A stretch of 63,799 nt of DNA, the filler included, from Octopus bimaculoides (lineage: Eukaryota): assembly GCF_001194135.2 (NCBI RefSeq). It is 9 parts of 8 records of this genome, joined end to end, with 100 filler letters (N's around TTAATTAATTAA, not from the genome) between each part and the next. Parts side by side here need not be neighbours in the genome. Positions count along the whole stretch, not along the records: positions 61,614 to 63,799 come from NC_069008.1; 8 more parts are not named here. One strand, 5' to 3'. Shown here in pieces: positions 61,832 to 63,799 of this stretch. Made by a program: the position numbers and the translations under genes. Under the pieces are notes generated by a model, which was not told the origin of the DNA, searched no databases, and worked only from the letters and a program-made list of their open reading frames with translations. Each line of letters opens with the position of its first letter. The stretch's first letter is position 1.

Positions 61832-63583
61832 ATGGAAAAGAGTGAGAAAAGTATACAATTGATTTCCCCTGAACCCATGACAAAAGAGATGATATCATAC
61901 AATTGTGATATCTGTACAAAGTCGTTCTTTCAAAAAAGTGACCTACTTATGCACAAACGTATTCACACAGAAGAGAAACTATATGATTGTGATATCTGTG
62001 GTAAATCATTCTCTTGCAGTAGTAAGTTATCTACACACAATCGTTCTCACACAGGAGAGAAACCATATCATTGTGATATCTGTGGTAAATCATTTTCTCG
62101 AAGTAGTAATGTTACTGCGCACAAACGTACTCATACAGGAGAGCGACCATATCACTGTGATGTCTGTGGTAAATCATTTCCTCAAAGAAATCACGTCACT
62201 GCACACAAACGTATTCATGCAGGAGAGAAACCATATCACTGTGATATCTGTGGTAAATCATTCTCTCAGAGAATTCACTTATCTACACATATACGTAGTC
62301 ATACAGGAGAGAAACCATATAATTGTGATGTCTGTGGTAAATCATTCTTTGCAAATAATGCCTTAACAAAACACATGTATATTCATACAGGAGGGAAGCT
62401 ATATCAAAGTGATATTTGTGGTAAACGATTCTCTATCAAAAGATCCTTAACATCACACAAACGTATTCATACAGGAGAGAAACCATATCATTGTGATATT
62501 TGTGGTAAATCATTCACTAGTAATAGTTACTTAAATGTACACAGACGTATTCATACAGGAGAGACACCATATCATTGTGATATTTGTGGTAAAGCATGCT
62601 CTAATAATAGTGCCTTAGCAACACACAAACGTATTCATACAGGAGAGAAACCATATCATTGTGATATCTGTGGTAAATCATTCTCACAAAATACTCACTT
62701 ATCTACACACAAAAGTATTCATACTGGAGAGAAAGCATATCATTGTGATATCTGTGGTAAGTCATTCTCTCAAAGTATTCACTTATCTACACATATACGT
62801 ATTCATACAGGAGAGAAACCATATCATTGTGATGTCTGTGGTAAATCATTCTCTGAAAGTAATACATTAACAAAACACAGACGTATTCATACAGGAGAGA
62901 AGCCATATCACTGTGATATTTGCGGTAAACGATTCTCTATTAAAAGTTCCTTAACATCACACCATCTTACTCATACAGGAGAGAAACCATATCAATGTGA
63001 TATTTGTGGTAAACCATGCTCTAATAATAGTGCCTTAGCAACACACAAACGTATTCATACAGGAGAGAAACCATATCATTGTGATGTCTGTGGTAAATCA
63101 TTCTCTGACAGTAGTGCTTTAACTGCACACAATCGTATTCATACAAGAGAGAAACCATATCATTGTGATATTTGTGGTAAACCATACTCAAATAATAGTG
63201 CCTTAACATCACACAGACGTACTCATACAGGAGAGAAACCATGTCACTGTAACATCTGCAGTGAATCATTCTCTCATAATAGTTCTTTAATTATGCATAA
63301 ACGTATTCATCCAGGTGCAAAGCCATATCACTGTGATATCTGCGGTGAATCTTTCTCTCATAATAGTATCTTAACTACGCATAAACGTATTCACACAGGA
63401 GAGAAGCCATATCACTGTGATATCTGCGGTGAATCTTTCTCTCAAAATAGTACACTAACTACACATAAACGTATTCATACAGGAGAGAAACCATATCATT
63501 GTGATATCTGTGGTAAGTCCTACTCTCAAAGTAGTAAGTTAACAAAACACAAAAATATTCATACTACGGAGAAAGGAAACTAA
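61832..63583 (+). CDS. C2H2 zinc finger protein, 20 tandem fingers, single coding exon (583 aa from first ATG)
   Basis: Uninterrupted ORF of 28-aa repeats YxCDICGKSF..S.L..H.RIHTGEKP; in-frame TAA at 61781-61783, first ATG at 61832 (track start 61817 is TTG); finger 7 has Cys->Ser; only a short N-terminal leader with no recognisable KRAB/BTB/SCAN/ZAD domain. Confidence 0.95.
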   Translation: MEKSEKSIQLISPEPMTKEMISYNCDICTKSFFQKSDLLMHKRIHTEEKLYDCDICGKSFSCSSKLSTHNRSHTGEKPYHCDICGKSFSRSSNVTAHKRTHTGERPYHCDVCGKSFPQRNHVTAHKRIHAGEKPYHCDICGKSFSQRIHLSTHIRSHTGEKPYNCDVCGKSFFANNALTKHMYIHTGGKLYQSDICGKRFSIKRSLTSHKRIHTGEKPYHCDICGKSFTSNSYLNVHRRIHTGETPYHCDICGKACSNNSALATHKRIHTGEKPYHCDICGKSFSQNTHLSTHKSIHTGEKAYHCDICGKSFSQSIHLSTHIRIHTGEKPYHCDVCGKSFSESNTLTKHRRIHTGEKPYHCDICGKRFSIKSSLTSHHLTHTGEKPYQCDICGKPCSNNSALATHKRIHTGEKPYHCDVCGKSFSDSSALTAHNRIHTREKPYHCDICGKPYSNNSALTSHRRTHTGEKPCHCNICSESFSHNSSLIMHKRIHPGAKPYHCDICGESFSHNSILTTHKRIHTGEKPYHCDICGESFSQNSTLTTHKRIHTGEKPYHCDICGKSYSQSSKLTKHKNIHTTEKGN

Positions 63584-63799
63584 TGAAAATTATGACTAAA
63601 GTATGTCCAAAATTATATGTGCTAGCTATCTCTTGTTGGCTTCCTTTGTCTTTCATTCTATTGTGTGTTTAACCTTGAAAAGCTATGAAATTGTGTTTTT
63701 GAGAGAAACGAATTTCACTTCCAAAATCTGCATCCCAAGGAGAAAATCATCGATGAATAATAATAATAATACAAAGGATAATCTCAAAGAGGAAGTCAT

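Noticed and set aside
61905-63269. Alternate-frame and antisense ORFs within the zinc finger gene
   Set aside because: Shadows of the 84-bp finger periodicity.

Overview
AT-rich, microsatellite-dense animal genomic DNA. The SINE set and the HCDICGKSF-type zinc finger gene point to a coleoid cephalopod, most likely Octopus (inference). The window is probably not one contiguous locus: eight identical 100-bp spacers (N44-TTAATTAATTAA-N44) split it into nine joined pieces, and there are many further N gaps. Supported genes: (1) an intact single-exon 20-finger C2H2 zinc finger ORF (61832-63583, +); (2) a spliced minus-strand gene that the ORF track does not assemble, with a TATA box, a signal-peptide exon and two further phase-1 exons (5486->986), encoding a secreted Cys-containing protein resembling DUF4773; (3) an unidentified chain of frame-compatible minus-strand exons at 19.5-29 kb. 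The rest is mostly decayed mobile DNA: three tRNA-derived SINE families, RTE, CR1/L2 and R4/Dong-type LINE fragments, mariner and maT relics, two Helitron derivatives with intact 3' ends, a Naiad/Neptune-like Penelope element with a GIY-YIG domain, Penelope-type terminal-repeat remnants with hammerhead-like motifs, and several foldback hairpins. Nearly all other ORFs in the track are microsatellite or N-gap artefacts. I found no CRISPR array, rRNA or true tRNA gene, and no clearly new multi-gene system. All homology calls are from memory of family motifs, not from searches.
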